Shown: positions 26,691-36,840, counted from the first letter of the stretch. The stretch is 64,000 nucleotides of DNA from Candidatus Woesearchaeota archaeon (GCA_041650315.1 JBAZLJ010000001.1:280259-344258), one strand, 5' to 3'. Program-made: numbers and translations. The notes: generated by a model from the sequence alone, not told the origin.

Positions 26691-27410
26691 GTGATATTCA
26701 TGAATAAAAAACTAAATTGTATCTTCTTAATCTCAGTTATGGTCATTCTTTTCTCAAGTCTTGTTTCAGCAGATGTTGTTGAAGGCATTCAAGTCTGTCA
26801 AGATCCGAATACAGGCAAGCAGATGAGCGGCGATGCGTGCAAGGGTATTTGTTTATCCGGTTCTAAGTTCGTATATTGCAATGCACCTGCTACAACTACT
26901 GAACCAGTGACTGCACCAACACAAACTGTTCCTACTACAACTGAGCAGATAATCGAACAGTTAGAGATTGAGACTGCTACAGCTAAAGGACAGAGGTATT
27001 TCGAAGAGTATATCACTTTGAAAAATAAATATTCTGAGCTTATAGGTGAGTTATCTGCAAAAGAATTCGAAGAGAAAATGGCTCAGCTCGCTAAGGATAG
27101 CGAATGTTATAATTGCAATACCGGTTGCACTGGTGATTGCGCAGATGAGTTCCAGGCGTGCCTTGATGCGTGTAATGCAGAAAGTGAACTCGCGATGAAA
27201 GAGATTGAAGCAAAATATGCACCTATGAAAGCTGAGCTTGAATCATTACAAAAATCTGAATTAGGTAAATTGCTAACGACTGTGAAAGACTCAAGTGCTT
27301 CTAAAGGCATTCTTTCTGGAATAGGCAGATGGTTCAGGAATCTTTTTGGTCAGATATTCTTCAAGACGAAGACTTCTGATGCTGGTCGAGTGATGACTCC
27401 GGTGTATTGA
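26691..27410 (+). CDS. Secreted Cys-rich hypothetical protein
   Basis: Signal peptide MNKKLNCIFLISVMVILFSSLVSA. Thr/Pro linker. Cys cluster CYNCNTGCTGDCADEFQACLDACN. Confidence 0.4.
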   Translation: MIFMNKKLNCIFLISVMVILFSSLVSADVVEGIQVCQDPNTGKQMSGDACKGICLSGSKFVYCNAPATTTEPVTAPTQTVPTTTEQIIEQLEIETATAKGQRYFEEYITLKNKYSELIGELSAKEFEEKMAQLAKDSECYNCNTGCTGDCADEFQACLDACNAESELAMKEIEAKYAPMKAELESLQKSELGKLLTTVKDSSASKGILSGIGRWFRNLFGQIFFKTKTSDAGRVMTPVY

Positions 27411-27441
27411 GAATAAATAAAATAATAAAAATAAAAAGGAA

Positions 27442-29271
27442 TCAGAATCTGAATCTTTTCTTGAGCTGGACGTTCATGTCAGGACGATCTTCTTGGCTGA
27501 TTCCAAGCTCTTCATGCTTGTAGAGGTCGACTTCTAGTCCGCCGATACCTGCAGGCATAGTGATTCCGTAATTCTCGGATTTCCTGTCATTGCCATGAAT
27601 CTGCTTGCCATATTCTGCGAACAATCTGACGCCGCCGATATTCAATCTGATGAAGTCAGTTTTTGTAAGTTCGTCAACAGATTGTCCAGCTTCAACATTG
27701 ACTTTTCCTCTGCCAATTACGACTGAATATTCTTTGCCTTCAAGTTTGCTTGCATATTTCAGCATGATGCCTCTCATAGCTTCATTCAATTTGTGCCTTG
27801 CTTCAACCAGGTCATGTTCTCTGCCTGCGAAGTGGCTGTATCTCAATCTGTCGAGCTCTTTGACATGCTCTAGAAATTGAGCTGCATCGTTCTTGCCGAG
27901 TTTCAGATATATCTCTTGCTCGTTATTTGAATTGACTGATGCAGTGACTAGTTTTGAATTGAAATATACGCCTAAATTGCCTTCAGAATCTTTCATTCCG
28001 ATAAATGGGGTGTATTTGCCAAAAGTTTTCCCTGCGAAAAGATTCAATTGCATATCGCGTGATGTCCTGTCAGTGGCTGTTGTTGTGATTTTACCATCAT
28101 TCTCCACTTCAAGAGTTCCTTTTGTCTCTGTATATACATCAGCGAGATCTACGAAATAGAATGCTTTCTTTCCTTTCCTGTCTACGAACATGTGCGTCAG
28201 TGTACTGTTGCTGATTTCTTCTAGGTCACTGCCTTTGTTTATGTTATGGAATCCATCCAATGATGCGTTGAATCCTAGTTGGAAATCTTCATGCCCTACT
28301 TCTAGATTGGTCTTGTTCATACCGATACCTGCATAGAGGTTCGGTTTGAGTTTCAATGTCATCTGATTAGCGTCAGTATCCTCAAGTGTATAATCCAATA
28401 GATATTCATATCCTGCATATGCTCTGATATCATGGCCTGTCCATTCAGCAGTCCTATTCTCGAAGTCGAATACTATTTTGCCAAGGTCCCATGATGCGCC
28501 AATATCTGCTTTGCCTTTGCCGGTGCCATTCGCTCTCAATATTTTAGCTTGCTCGAATTTGAATTCTGGCGCTTCCATGACTGAATATAATGAAAATTTG
28601 CCTTCAGCAGTTACTTCTCTTTCAAATTTCATGCCCCTAGAAGTTGGTGTGCTGTAACGTTCGAATTGGTTGAATATATTCGGGATTTTTTTAATTCCGC
28701 CCAATGTCTCTGATTCGATATCGAATATATCTTTGAATCTATCTTCTATTCCAGATTGCTTTAGTGCGTCTTGGAACTGCCTGAGCTCTTGAGACAGTTG
28801 CTGTCCTGCGGTTCTAGCTGCTTCGATATCTTTTGATTCTAATGCAGAAAGCAGTTGATTGAATGAGAATTCTGCATTTCTCACCATTGCCGCTTCTGGG
28901 CCGTGCATGAAATTGTCCAGATTGGACTGAAGTTTATGCAGGTCATTCTGCAGATATTTATCAAAATCAAGATTATTTAGATTTTTATATCCAGGGATAA
29001 GCAGATCGAATAGTTTATCTGAATCGCCAATTGTTTGGATGACATCTACAAGGCTTAGATCTTTGTCCATAGTACCATTTATGTTGAAATTAAAATTGGT
29101 TCTGTTCCTGACTGCGCCAGTCTGTTTAGTCTGTAAAGCTTTCACTGAAGGGTCAGTCTGGAGGTATTCAGCGGATTCTGTAGGCCTAGTTGTCACTGTT
29201 TGCGCTTGAGAATTCACAGGCATCATGCTCATCAGGCCTGCTACAATCATTGATAATGTTGGGCGTTTCAT
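27442..29271 (-). CDS. Large secreted hypothetical protein (signal peptide, beta-rich)
   Basis: MKRPTLSMIVAGLMSMMPVNSQA signal. 609 aa. Ends ...KKRFRF (aromatic terminal residue). Confidence 0.4.
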   Translation of the reverse strand: MKRPTLSMIVAGLMSMMPVNSQAQTVTTRPTESAEYLQTDPSVKALQTKQTGAVRNRTNFNFNINGTMDKDLSLVDVIQTIGDSDKLFDLLIPGYKNLNNLDFDKYLQNDLHKLQSNLDNFMHGPEAAMVRNAEFSFNQLLSALESKDIEAARTAGQQLSQELRQFQDALKQSGIEDRFKDIFDIESETLGGIKKIPNIFNQFERYSTPTSRGMKFEREVTAEGKFSLYSVMEAPEFKFEQAKILRANGTGKGKADIGASWDLGKIVFDFENRTAEWTGHDIRAYAGYEYLLDYTLEDTDANQMTLKLKPNLYAGIGMNKTNLEVGHEDFQLGFNASLDGFHNINKGSDLEEISNSTLTHMFVDRKGKKAFYFVDLADVYTETKGTLEVENDGKITTTATDRTSRDMQLNLFAGKTFGKYTPFIGMKDSEGNLGVYFNSKLVTASVNSNNEQEIYLKLGKNDAAQFLEHVKELDRLRYSHFAGREHDLVEARHKLNEAMRGIMLKYASKLEGKEYSVVIGRGKVNVEAGQSVDELTKTDFIRLNIGGVRLFAEYGKQIHGNDRKSENYGITMPAGIGGLEVDLYKHEELGISQEDRPDMNVQLKKRFRF

Positions 29272-29322
29272 GTTGGAATTGGGATAAAATCCTTGTTTAT
29301 AAGCGTATATGGCGGAAAATGA

Positions 29323-30510
29323 TTGTTTTGGAGAATTCGTTCATATTCTTACAGGTGGCTTTATAAACGATTTAAATACCCTCAATATGAAATGAATGCC
29401 ATTGAACATACAAAGTTCTACTCTAGGAAGATGGGATGCCTTAGCAAAGGATGCACTCTTTGCGTGCAGGGCAAGAAGCTAGTCTTGTTTGTGACTGGTG
29501 TCTGCGCCAAAAATTGCTATTATTGCCCTTTATCTACTGAGAAGAAGAATGTGGATAAGGTATGGGCCAATGAATGGCTTATTGAGAAAGATGAAGATCT
29601 CATAACTGAAGCAAAGTCAATGGATGCGCGCGGAGCTGGAATAACTGGCGGAGATCCTTTTTTGCGTTTAGATCGCACCTGCAATTATATTCGTATGCTG
29701 AAAAAAGAGTTCGGTTCACATTTTCATATACATCTTTACGCTCCTCTTTGCAATGTTTCTGTTGAATCTTTCAAAATGCTTTTTGAAGCAGGTCTAGACG
29801 AGATAAGATTCCATCCAGATTTCGATAATACAAAAGATTGGAAACTTATTGAAGAAGCTTTGAAATTCAGATGGGATGTGGGTGTAGAGATTCCAGTAGT
29901 CCCTGATAAAAGTCCGCAGATAAAAAAGTTGATTGATTTCTTGGACGGCAAGATAAAATTCCTGAACCTGAACGAATTGGAGATATCGGAAACAAATGCT
30001 GCCAAGCTTGGCGAGCGTAATTTTGCAGTCAAAGATGAAGTGTCCTATGCGATAGGCGGTTCTGAGGAATTGGCTTTGAAACTTATGGATTATTGCCAGA
30101 ATAAATCATTTGATGTACATTACTGCACTTCTCAGCTTAAAGATAAAGTGCAGTTAGCTAATCGTGTGAAACGCACTTCTAAGCAGATTGCGCGTCCTTT
30201 TGATGTGATTACACAATCGGGCATGCTTGTGCGCGGAGCTGTGTTTTTAGAGGATCTTAAGCCTGATGTAGGCTATCGTAAGAAGATTGCTGCTTCGGAT
30301 AAGAAGGCAGTTATGGCGCGGCTTTTTGAATTGAAGGAAAAGATTAAAAAAGAGTTCAAGATTCGTGAAGATCAGATAGAAATAGACCCTTTGAAGCTGA
30401 GGCTTATCACTTCACCGCGTATAGTCAAACTATTCAAAGGCTATTGCAGAGCTATTATAGAGGAGTACCCAACACATGATCAAATGGAAGTCGAACTCAG
30501 GTTCCTATAA
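29323..30510 (+). CDS. Radical SAM protein (activase-like; possibly the AmmeMemoRadiSam type)
   Basis: CAKNCYYCP is a CxxxCxxC cluster, preceded by an extra Cys pair (CLSKGCTLC). The true start is probably an internal ATG (29392 MNAIEH... or 29431). Confidence 0.6.
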   Translation: MFWRIRSYSYRWLYKRFKYPQYEMNAIEHTKFYSRKMGCLSKGCTLCVQGKKLVLFVTGVCAKNCYYCPLSTEKKNVDKVWANEWLIEKDEDLITEAKSMDARGAGITGGDPFLRLDRTCNYIRMLKKEFGSHFHIHLYAPLCNVSVESFKMLFEAGLDEIRFHPDFDNTKDWKLIEEALKFRWDVGVEIPVVPDKSPQIKKLIDFLDGKIKFLNLNELEISETNAAKLGERNFAVKDEVSYAIGGSEELALKLMDYCQNKSFDVHYCTSQLKDKVQLANRVKRTSKQIARPFDVITQSGMLVRGAVFLEDLKPDVGYRKKIAASDKKAVMARLFELKEKIKKEFKIREDQIEIDPLKLRLITSPRIVKLFKGYCRAIIEEYPTHDQMEVELRFL

Positions 30511-31147
30511 ATTATTGAAAGCGTTGCTGATAATCGGTTTGCCTTTCTTATTGCTATTCGCAAGTTTCTCGTATTGGATGTTCAATGAGAATTATTTCGA
30601 ATCTCAGTTTGAGGAAAATGACGTTTATGTGCAATTCGGTTTTGATGAGTATCTCGTATTGAATGAGAATTCTAAACTTTTGAGCTATCTTAAGTTCGGA
30701 GATGGTCTGATTGATTCAGCATTCTATACTCCTGATGAGAAAGCGCATCTTGATGATGTGCGTGTATTAATACAGACTTTCTTGTATTTTGGGATTGCAT
30801 TTAGCGTATTATGGTTTATTGGCTTAGTAATATGCAGGAAGCATATAACTTCAATATTCTATAAAGGCGGATTGCTGTCATTGCTCGTGTTCGTGATATT
30901 GGCAGTCTTGCTGGTGTTTTTCAGTTCTGCATTTATCAAGTTCCATGAAATATTCTTTGAACCTGGCACATGGACATTCGATCCAGCAGTTAGCAATCTC
31001 AAGGCAATGTTCCCAGACGAGTTCTTCTATAATATCACTGAGAAAATATTCGTTAGTTTCGGATTCCTTGCTTTAGTAAGCGTTTCGTCTAAGGTACTAT
31101 TATATTTAACTTATAGACATCTTGGTCGCCGTATAGCTCGCCATTAG
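30476..31147 (+). CDS. Hypothetical integral membrane protein
   Basis: Four predicted TM helices. No motif recognised. Confidence 0.4.
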   Translation: MIKWKSNSGSYKLLKALLIIGLPFLLLFASFSYWMFNENYFESQFEENDVYVQFGFDEYLVLNENSKLLSYLKFGDGLIDSAFYTPDEKAHLDDVRVLIQTFLYFGIAFSVLWFIGLVICRKHITSIFYKGGLLSLLVFVILAVLLVFFSSAFIKFHEIFFEPGTWTFDPAVSNLKAMFPDEFFYNITEKIFVSFGFLALVSVSSKVLLYLTYRHLGRRIARH

Positions 31148-31604
31148 CTTTAACTTCTATATCCAGAACATAGTTTCCTGATAATGCATCTTTAGGTACT
31201 TCTACTCCGATGCCAACTACTCTTACATCTCCAGTATCTAATGCAGTGATAGACCTTTTGTCGGGTTTGAAATATAAGTCTGTATCTTGACCTAGCGGAC
31301 GTATTTTGCTTTTAATTTCGATTTCGAAGTTTGTAGTGTCACTTTTCGAGTTCATCACTCTTAATCCGAATATCTTGAATGAGCCTCTAGCAATTGTATC
31401 TCTCGTAGTGCTTAAGCAAACTTGCTGAGCTCCGCAAGTCAATCCAGCCACTCTATTGTCCAGATCGTCAAAACTTTTCTTTTCCAGTTCAGAAATACCG
31501 CTGAATATGTTGTATAGGAATGTAACCGAGTAACCGAATACTGCTAATGCTAGTATCAAAAGAACAAAAAAATTAATCGATAGCTCCATTGCGTTCTTAT
31601 TCAT
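31089..31604 (-). CDS. Archaeal type IV pilin-like protein (class III signal peptide candidate), start trimmed to internal Met
   Basis: MNKNAMELSINFFVLLILALAVFGY is a short polar N-terminus followed by one hydrophobic helix, then a beta-rich domain. The track ORF extends to 31751 but overlaps another ORF in a different frame. Confidence 0.4.
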   Translation of the reverse strand: MNKNAMELSINFFVLLILALAVFGYSVTFLYNIFSGISELEKKSFDDLDNRVAGLTCGAQQVCLSTTRDTIARGSFKIFGLRVMNSKSDTTNFEIEIKSKIRPLGQDTDLYFKPDKRSITALDTGDVRVVGIGVEVPKDALSGNYVLDIEVKANGELYGDQDVYKLNIIVP

Positions 31605-31816
31605 CGTCCTACGTGGTATTCTTTCACCAATGATATGATGAATAGTATTAGTATAACTATCGATATCACGAAATAGAAGATACCTTCTGAAATCAGGTTT
31701 TGTGACAATATCTTGTAAAGCCCTAATGCAAGCAAGCCGAAACCTAGCCATAGGACTTTGTCAAGCACCAGTAGCAATATCTGGAACTCCTGATCCATTG
31801 AAAGGTATTTTTTCAT
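31601..31816 (-). CDS. Small hydrophobic membrane protein (2 TM)
   Basis: 71 aa with two long hydrophobic stretches. Its existence is uncertain. Confidence 0.25.
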   Translation of the reverse strand: MKKYLSMDQEFQILLLVLDKVLWLGFGLLALGLYKILSQNLISEGIFYFVISIVILILFIISLVKEYHVGR

Positions 31817-31825
31817 TGTGCGTCT

Positions 31826-32359
31826 TTAGACTGTTACTGTTATGTAGAAGTCTACTTCTGGCAGGTTTGTGGAACCGTCAGCTTCTATAGATAATCTGCA
31901 AGCATATCTTCCTTCAGCTAATCCTTCTACACCGATTGTTGCTTCAAATCCTACACTATCACTAGGCAATAATTCAGTCTTGCTGAGTGTGATGAGTTTA
32001 GGCAATTCAGTAACGTCTTCTCCATCTATAGTCGATATACATTTCGAGATAGTTGGTTTGACTTCTCTGAGCGAGATGCTTGCTTTGTTGTAGAATCCGA
32101 TTTTCGCAGTTGTCTGCGAGTTTCTTTTGATCTCTATGTCTGATGAGATTGTCAATGGTTCGACTGCTGTAGGCTGTTTTTCTAAATCAGTAGTCTCAAT
32201 CAATTTCTCGAGTCTTCCGAATGAATCGCCTACTATGCCTCTGATGAATGTCAGGCCTAGACCCAAAAGGGTAATGGCGAGAACTATAATGACTATGGTA
32301 TTAACTGATAGGCTGATATCAGCCTTTTTTTGTCTTGGACCTTGGAATATTGTATACAT
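31826..32359 (-). CDS. Archaeal type IV pilin-like protein
   Basis: QKKADISLSVNTIVIIVLAITLLGLGLTF is a prepilin-like N-terminus, followed by a beta-rich globular domain. Paralogous in architecture to 31089-31604. Confidence 0.45.
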   Translation of the reverse strand: MYTIFQGPRQKKADISLSVNTIVIIVLAITLLGLGLTFIRGIVGDSFGRLEKLIETTDLEKQPTAVEPLTISSDIEIKRNSQTTAKIGFYNKASISLREVKPTISKCISTIDGEDVTELPKLITLSKTELLPSDSVGFEATIGVEGLAEGRYACRLSIEADGSTNLPEVDFYITVTV

Positions 32360-32454
32360 GATATAATCACCTCAATTATATATAGGATATATACAGATTA
32401 TAATGTTTATAAATGTTTTGATGACTTCGAATTTGATGTTATTTTGCTTAGGTT

Positions 32455-32585
32455 TTGCTATCAGTTCTGCCATCGGTTCGCGTGCGCTTCTTGTTCGTGA
32501 TAACTGGCATTCTCCTGTAAGGAGCCCAACACCTCTTGCCGTTGGTTACATGTAGCACGATAGCGCTCACAGCCAGATGGCATAA
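32455..32585 (+). repeat. 'GCCATC element' copy 2 (tandem GCTATCAGTTC / GCCATCGGTTC 5' motif, core GGCATTCTCCTGTAAGGAGCCCAACACCTCTTGCC, 3' GCTCAC...GATGGCA)
   Basis: Block order and spacing match copies 1 and 3. The hairpin arms co-vary (CTCC/GGAG here, CCCT/AGGG in copy 1). Ends 75 bp before rpl10e. Confidence 0.55.
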
Positions 32586-32660
32586 TAACTGGAATATCAT
32601 TATTTAAGGCGTATAATAAACCAAAAGCTTTAAAAAGAGCTTAAATCTCCAGTATGCTCT

Positions 32661-33206
32661 ATGGGATTAAGAAGAGCTCATGCATACAGGAGAATCGAAA
32701 GAGCGTACACTCGTATTTCTAAGTATAGAGAAGAATCTTTCGTAAGATCCAGGCCACATATGGTCATTGCTAAGTTTGATACAGGCAATACTGCTAAGCA
32801 ATTCCAGGATTACAAATACAATCTATTCTTGATTTCAAGATGCAATCATCAGATTAGGCATAATGCTTTAGAATCAGCTAGGACTGTCGGCAACAGGATA
32901 TTAGAGCTTGAAGTCGGCAAAACATCATTCCACTTGAAAATTGTAAAATATCCTCATCATATTCTTAGGGAAAACGTCATGGCTACAGGAGCAGGCGCAG
33001 ACAGGGTTTCACAGGGTATGAGCGCGTCCTTTGGTAAATCTGTCAGTTCTGCAGCACAAGTAAGAGCTGGCGATATCGTAATCAAGGTTGGTGTTGACAC
33101 TTTGGCTCATGCAGCAGTTGCTAAAAGAGCTTTGAAGAAAACATCATGCAAATTGCCTTTGACTTATGTAATTACGATGCAAGAAAACGTGCTTAAAGCT
33201 AAATAA
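32661..33206 (+). CDS. rpl10e: 50S ribosomal protein L10e (uL16)
   Basis: RAYTRISKYREESFVRSRPHMVIAKFDTGN matches the L10e N-terminal signature (AYTR..Y......I..FD.GN). 181 aa. Confidence 0.85.
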   Translation: MGLRRAHAYRRIERAYTRISKYREESFVRSRPHMVIAKFDTGNTAKQFQDYKYNLFLISRCNHQIRHNALESARTVGNRILELEVGKTSFHLKIVKYPHHILRENVMATGAGADRVSQGMSASFGKSVSSAAQVRAGDIVIKVGVDTLAHAAVAKRALKKTSCKLPLTYVITMQENVLKAK

Positions 33207-33237
33207 ACTTTTTTTCTTAATATAATAAATATTTGAT

Positions 33238-34251
33238 TTAACTTAATGTAAGTCTGATTCCCCAATTCTGCCACTTTTTGTCTTTCATCAGCCAGAATCC
33301 TATCCTTTGCAATATGCTACCTAATCGAGTGCTTAATAGCCATACTACTATCTCTTGATATCTTTTCTTCCTCAATATGTCTGGTATGAATTTTGGAGCG
33401 TAATTCTTGTCTAGAATAATATTTGCTATATCTTCTCCTGAAGCCATTGCTGAATATATGCCTTCACCTGTTAATCCATAGGCTAATCCTGCAGCTTCAC
33501 CTATAAGATATTTATTTCCAAATTTGTAACCCTGGTAATCATAGAGTATTGGCATGGATTCTAATTTTGACTCTTCATAATGTATACCTATCCTTTTGCA
33601 CCAATCATTGAACCTTTTTTTTACTTTGATCATATCATCAGATTTAGGGTGGAATCCGCAACCAATTGACGCATAACCTTTATGCGGGAATACCCAAGTA
33701 TACCCTGCTTTGGTTATCTTTGAATTGTAATGCAATTCCAAATTCTTGAACTCACCTTTTATCAAATATTGCATGCATAGATGCATCTTGTCATTACTTA
33801 GTTTAAGATATCTTCTGACTATAGAACCTACGCCGTCTGCGCCGACCAGATGATTGAAATATATCTTCTTTCCATTGACAATCACATTGTCTTTATTGAC
33901 TTCTGTGACTCTTGATGACATAATAATCTTGGCGCCATTCTTCTTAACTTTGGACATCTGCCATTTTCCCAGCTTTTCTCTGCTGAGAGTAGCTACGATT
34001 ATTTTATTTTCTTTTATCTCGATATATCTGCTTTTATGATAGAATCTGAATCTATCGAATTCTTTTTCAAAAAGAGAATTGGGGATGCCATAGCGTATGG
34101 CTTTTAGTGTGACGCCTGCTGCGCAGATTTTCTTTCCGATTGTTTTATTCTTCTCTAGAACCAGAACTGATCTTTTGCTCTTCGCAAGAACTTCTGCGCA
34201 TCTTAATCCGCCCGGACCTGCACCGACAATCACAACGTCATACTTTTCCAT
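33238..34251 (-). CDS. FAD-dependent oxidoreductase, geranylgeranyl reductase family
   Basis: MEKYDVVIVGAGPGGLRCAEVLA is a Rossmann GxGxxG. The GGR-like region includes ...KICAAGVT. 337 aa. Confidence 0.7.
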   Translation of the reverse strand: MEKYDVVIVGAGPGGLRCAEVLAKSKRSVLVLEKNKTIGKKICAAGVTLKAIRYGIPNSLFEKEFDRFRFYHKSRYIEIKENKIIVATLSREKLGKWQMSKVKKNGAKIIMSSRVTEVNKDNVIVNGKKIYFNHLVGADGVGSIVRRYLKLSNDKMHLCMQYLIKGEFKNLELHYNSKITKAGYTWVFPHKGYASIGCGFHPKSDDMIKVKKRFNDWCKRIGIHYEESKLESMPILYDYQGYKFGNKYLIGEAAGLAYGLTGEGIYSAMASGEDIANIILDKNYAPKFIPDILRKKRYQEIVVWLLSTRLGSILQRIGFWLMKDKKWQNWGIRLTLS

Positions 34252-34326
34252 ATATCGAGTGGGATTGAAAATGATATATAAAACTTCTTGCGAATCAGTG
34301 ATAATTTATCTGTTAGAACTAGAGTT

Positions 34327-35331
34327 TTATTCAGCTTCTTCGAATTCTTCTTTAGGGACTTCAGCTTTCTTGAACTTAGGCATTGTGTGATGTATCCTTC
34401 CTTTGAGAGTTGTTATGTCTGTGATTACATCTTTATCTTTTTTGAAATCGTTTGTCACTTCTTTTGGCAAGATGTCTGTCTTGCTCAAGTATACAATGAT
34501 CGGTTTATTCAATGTCCTGAGATTCCTCAGCAATTCGAACTGGTCGCTCAATGGATATGGTTCGGTCAGGTCGAAAATATAGATAAGTACATGCGCGCAG
34601 TATTTTGCGGCCAAGTATGCCTGCATCTCGATATAATTCATTTTTTCGAATCTGTTCAAAGTTCCAGGAGTGTCCAAGAACTGCATTTTCTCTCCATTGA
34701 TATCAGTATAGCCTAGATTCAGGCTTTTTGTAGTGAATGAATAATTAGCGATCTCTGGTTTCGATCCAGTGAGTTTAGATAATAAAGTGCTTTTTCCTAT
34801 ATTCGGGAATCCGCAGATTGCGACAGTAGGCATTTCCTTTACAACTGGATAATTCTTGATGACACGTCTTGCTTCCATAAGATATGTGAAAACATGTTTT
34901 GTCTGTCTGAATAATGAAGAGATCCTGCCGTAATATTCTCTCCTGATTTGCATCATCCTTTCGGCATTGTCGTTCCTGTTGAGCAGTTTTATGTAATTGG
35001 AAGTCATCTCATCAGCTTTCCTGATGATCCAGCCCAATGCGCCTAACGCTTTTTTCAATGCGCCGACGTCCAATGTGCATTTCATAAGTTCGAAATAGAA
35101 CGGATTTAATGCGTCAATCCTAGGGAATGATTTGATTATGTTAGTCATTGAATCGGCAACACTTCTATTGACTGTGCCCATCTTAGTCAATTCAACTTTT
35201 CTGATGACTTCTGCCTTAGGCATTTTGTGATGCTTTGATTTGACAGAACCGCCTTTCTTAGTCGCAGCGGCGAATGCCAAATCTATATAGAAGTCTGCTT
35301 TCTCTACTGTGATTATGTGTTGGAATGACAT
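34327..35331 (-). CDS. Nog1/Obg-like GTPase
   Basis: G1 GFPNIGKST. G2 TT. G3 DTPG. An N-terminal NOG1-like helical domain precedes the G domain. Confidence 0.75.
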   Translation of the reverse strand: MSFQHIITVEKADFYIDLAFAAATKKGGSVKSKHHKMPKAEVIRKVELTKMGTVNRSVADSMTNIIKSFPRIDALNPFYFELMKCTLDVGALKKALGALGWIIRKADEMTSNYIKLLNRNDNAERMMQIRREYYGRISSLFRQTKHVFTYLMEARRVIKNYPVVKEMPTVAICGFPNIGKSTLLSKLTGSKPEIANYSFTTKSLNLGYTDINGEKMQFLDTPGTLNRFEKMNYIEMQAYLAAKYCAHVLIYIFDLTEPYPLSDQFELLRNLRTLNKPIIVYLSKTDILPKEVTNDFKKDKDVITDITTLKGRIHHTMPKFKKAEVPKEEFEEAE

Positions 35332-35387
35332 ATATTCTATAGACTATAAGAGGGCTATATAAGGCTTACGTTGTCCGGTTAAGGTAA

Positions 35388-35508
35388 TTTTGCCATCAGT
35401 TCGCATCTACTTCAGATAGATGATAGCTGGCCTTTCCTTGTAAAGGAGCCAACATCCTTTGCCGCTGATGCACATTGAAAATAATTATGCTCACAATTGA
35501 TGGCAATA
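35388..35508 (+). repeat. 'GCCATC element' copy 3 (TTTTGCCATCAGTTCGC ... GGCCTTTCCTTGTAAAGGAGCCAACATCCTTTGCC ... GCTCAC AAT TGATGGCAA)
   Basis: Same ordered blocks as copies 1 and 2. Ends 58 bp upstream of the MinD/ParA gene. Confidence 0.55.
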
Positions 35509-35566
35509 TCTTCATCTAAATCTTAACCAAAAGCTTTATTAATACAAAAATTCAATTATTTACTAG

Positions 35567-36403
35567 ATGGCTAAAGGAAAATCTATAGGAGTGATAGCTA
35601 TAAAAGGCGGTGTTGGAAAGACTACTACTGTAGTAAGTCTAGGCGCGATTCTAGCGAATGATTACAAACAGAAAGTGCTTCTTATCGACGCGAATCTATC
35701 GGCGCCTAATCTAGGTATGCATTTGGGAATCGGTAAACCTAAAGGCACTCTCAAAGATGTTCTTTTAGATAAGATATCGATTAAAGATGCTTTATTCAAG
35801 CACGAGCTTGGTTTTGATGTATTGCCTTCTGTGTTCACTTCAAATGCTGAAAGGTTCAGTGTATACAAACTTAAAGAGAAGTTGGACGCGATTCGTAGTA
35901 AATATGATTATGTCTTGATTGATTCTTCACCTAATCTCAATAATGAGATGCTTTTGTCGATGGCTGCGTCCGATGAATTGGTTGTTGTTACTACCCCTGA
36001 CAATCCTACTTTAATGTGCACAATTGAAGCGGTCGAAGCGGCTAAAAAACAGAATACGCCTATCAAAGGTCTTATCATCAATAAAAGACGTGGAAAATCA
36101 TTTGAAGTTTCCCAGGAGACTATTGAGAATCTGGCTAAAGTTCCTATATTAGGCGTATTGCCTGATGATATTAATATATTGAAAGCACTATCTGAAGGAA
36201 CGCCGGTATCTAATTATTCAAGAAGGGCTAAAATATCTAATCTTTATCGTGGTATAGCCGAGAATGTGATGGGCAGCGATTTTCAGAAACCGCTTACCAT
36301 AAGCAGACGTTTTAAGAATTTCTTTGGCCAGTTCGTTAGCGTTGAAGCTGAAGATTCTGCTGAACCTAAACCGGTTGCTGCGGATAAACCAATCTTACCA
36401 TAA
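35567..36403 (+). CDS. MinD/ParA-family P-loop ATPase
   Basis: Deviant Walker A KGGVGKTT. Walker B DSSPN/LIDS region. 278 aa with a C-terminal extension. Confidence 0.8.
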   Translation: MAKGKSIGVIAIKGGVGKTTTVVSLGAILANDYKQKVLLIDANLSAPNLGMHLGIGKPKGTLKDVLLDKISIKDALFKHELGFDVLPSVFTSNAERFSVYKLKEKLDAIRSKYDYVLIDSSPNLNNEMLLSMAASDELVVVTTPDNPTLMCTIEAVEAAKKQNTPIKGLIINKRRGKSFEVSQETIENLAKVPILGVLPDDINILKALSEGTPVSNYSRRAKISNLYRGIAENVMGSDFQKPLTISRRFKNFFGQFVSVEAEDSAEPKPVAADKPILP

Positions 36404-36420
36404 TTATCTTATATCTAAAC

Positions 36421-36840
36421 ATGGCATTATTCAAGAAAAATAAAACTGCGCCAGTTATCCAGTCTCAGATACAGCAACTTAGTTTGAAACCTCAGGATCA
36501 ACTGAAATTGCTGCAGAAAAGGGTTGATGTTCTTCAGTCTTCGAATATACAGTTGAGCACGCATATAGGCGAGACTGAACTTAATGCGGAAGGCGAAATC
36601 ACAAGGATACAGATGTTGATGAATAAAATACAGGGCGAAATGGATGAAATCAACCGCAGGATTGATCATATTTCCGGCAATATGGGTTCTTTGATATTCC
36701 AGTTGAATCTCACTGCGAAAGCTGAAGAGCTTGACAGGTTCAAATCAGATATGGATAGAATGCAGCCGTTCAATTTCATGACTCTGAATCAGTTCGAGAA
36801 GTTAGTGAAAGAGATTGTTGACGAGAAGTTCGGCGAATAA
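36421..36840 (+). CDS. Coiled-coil protein (candidate partner of the MinD/ParA ATPase)
   Basis: 139 aa with heptad-like amphipathic repeats throughout. Lies 18 bp downstream of the ATPase gene. Confidence 0.4.
   Translation: MALFKKNKTAPVIQSQIQQLSLKPQDQLKLLQKRVDVLQSSNIQLSTHIGETELNAEGEITRIQMLMNKIQGEMDEINRRIDHISGNMGSLIFQLNLTAKAEELDRFKSDMDRMQPFNFMTLNQFEKLVKEIVDEKFGE

Noticed and set aside
32455-32585. tRNA gene hypothesis for the GGTTCGC-containing repeat
   Set aside because: GGTTCG occurs, but no acceptor-stem/D-arm/anticodon-arm geometry can be drawn, and the length (~120) is wrong without an intron-bounded cloverleaf. No tRNA genes were recognisable anywhere in the window by eye.
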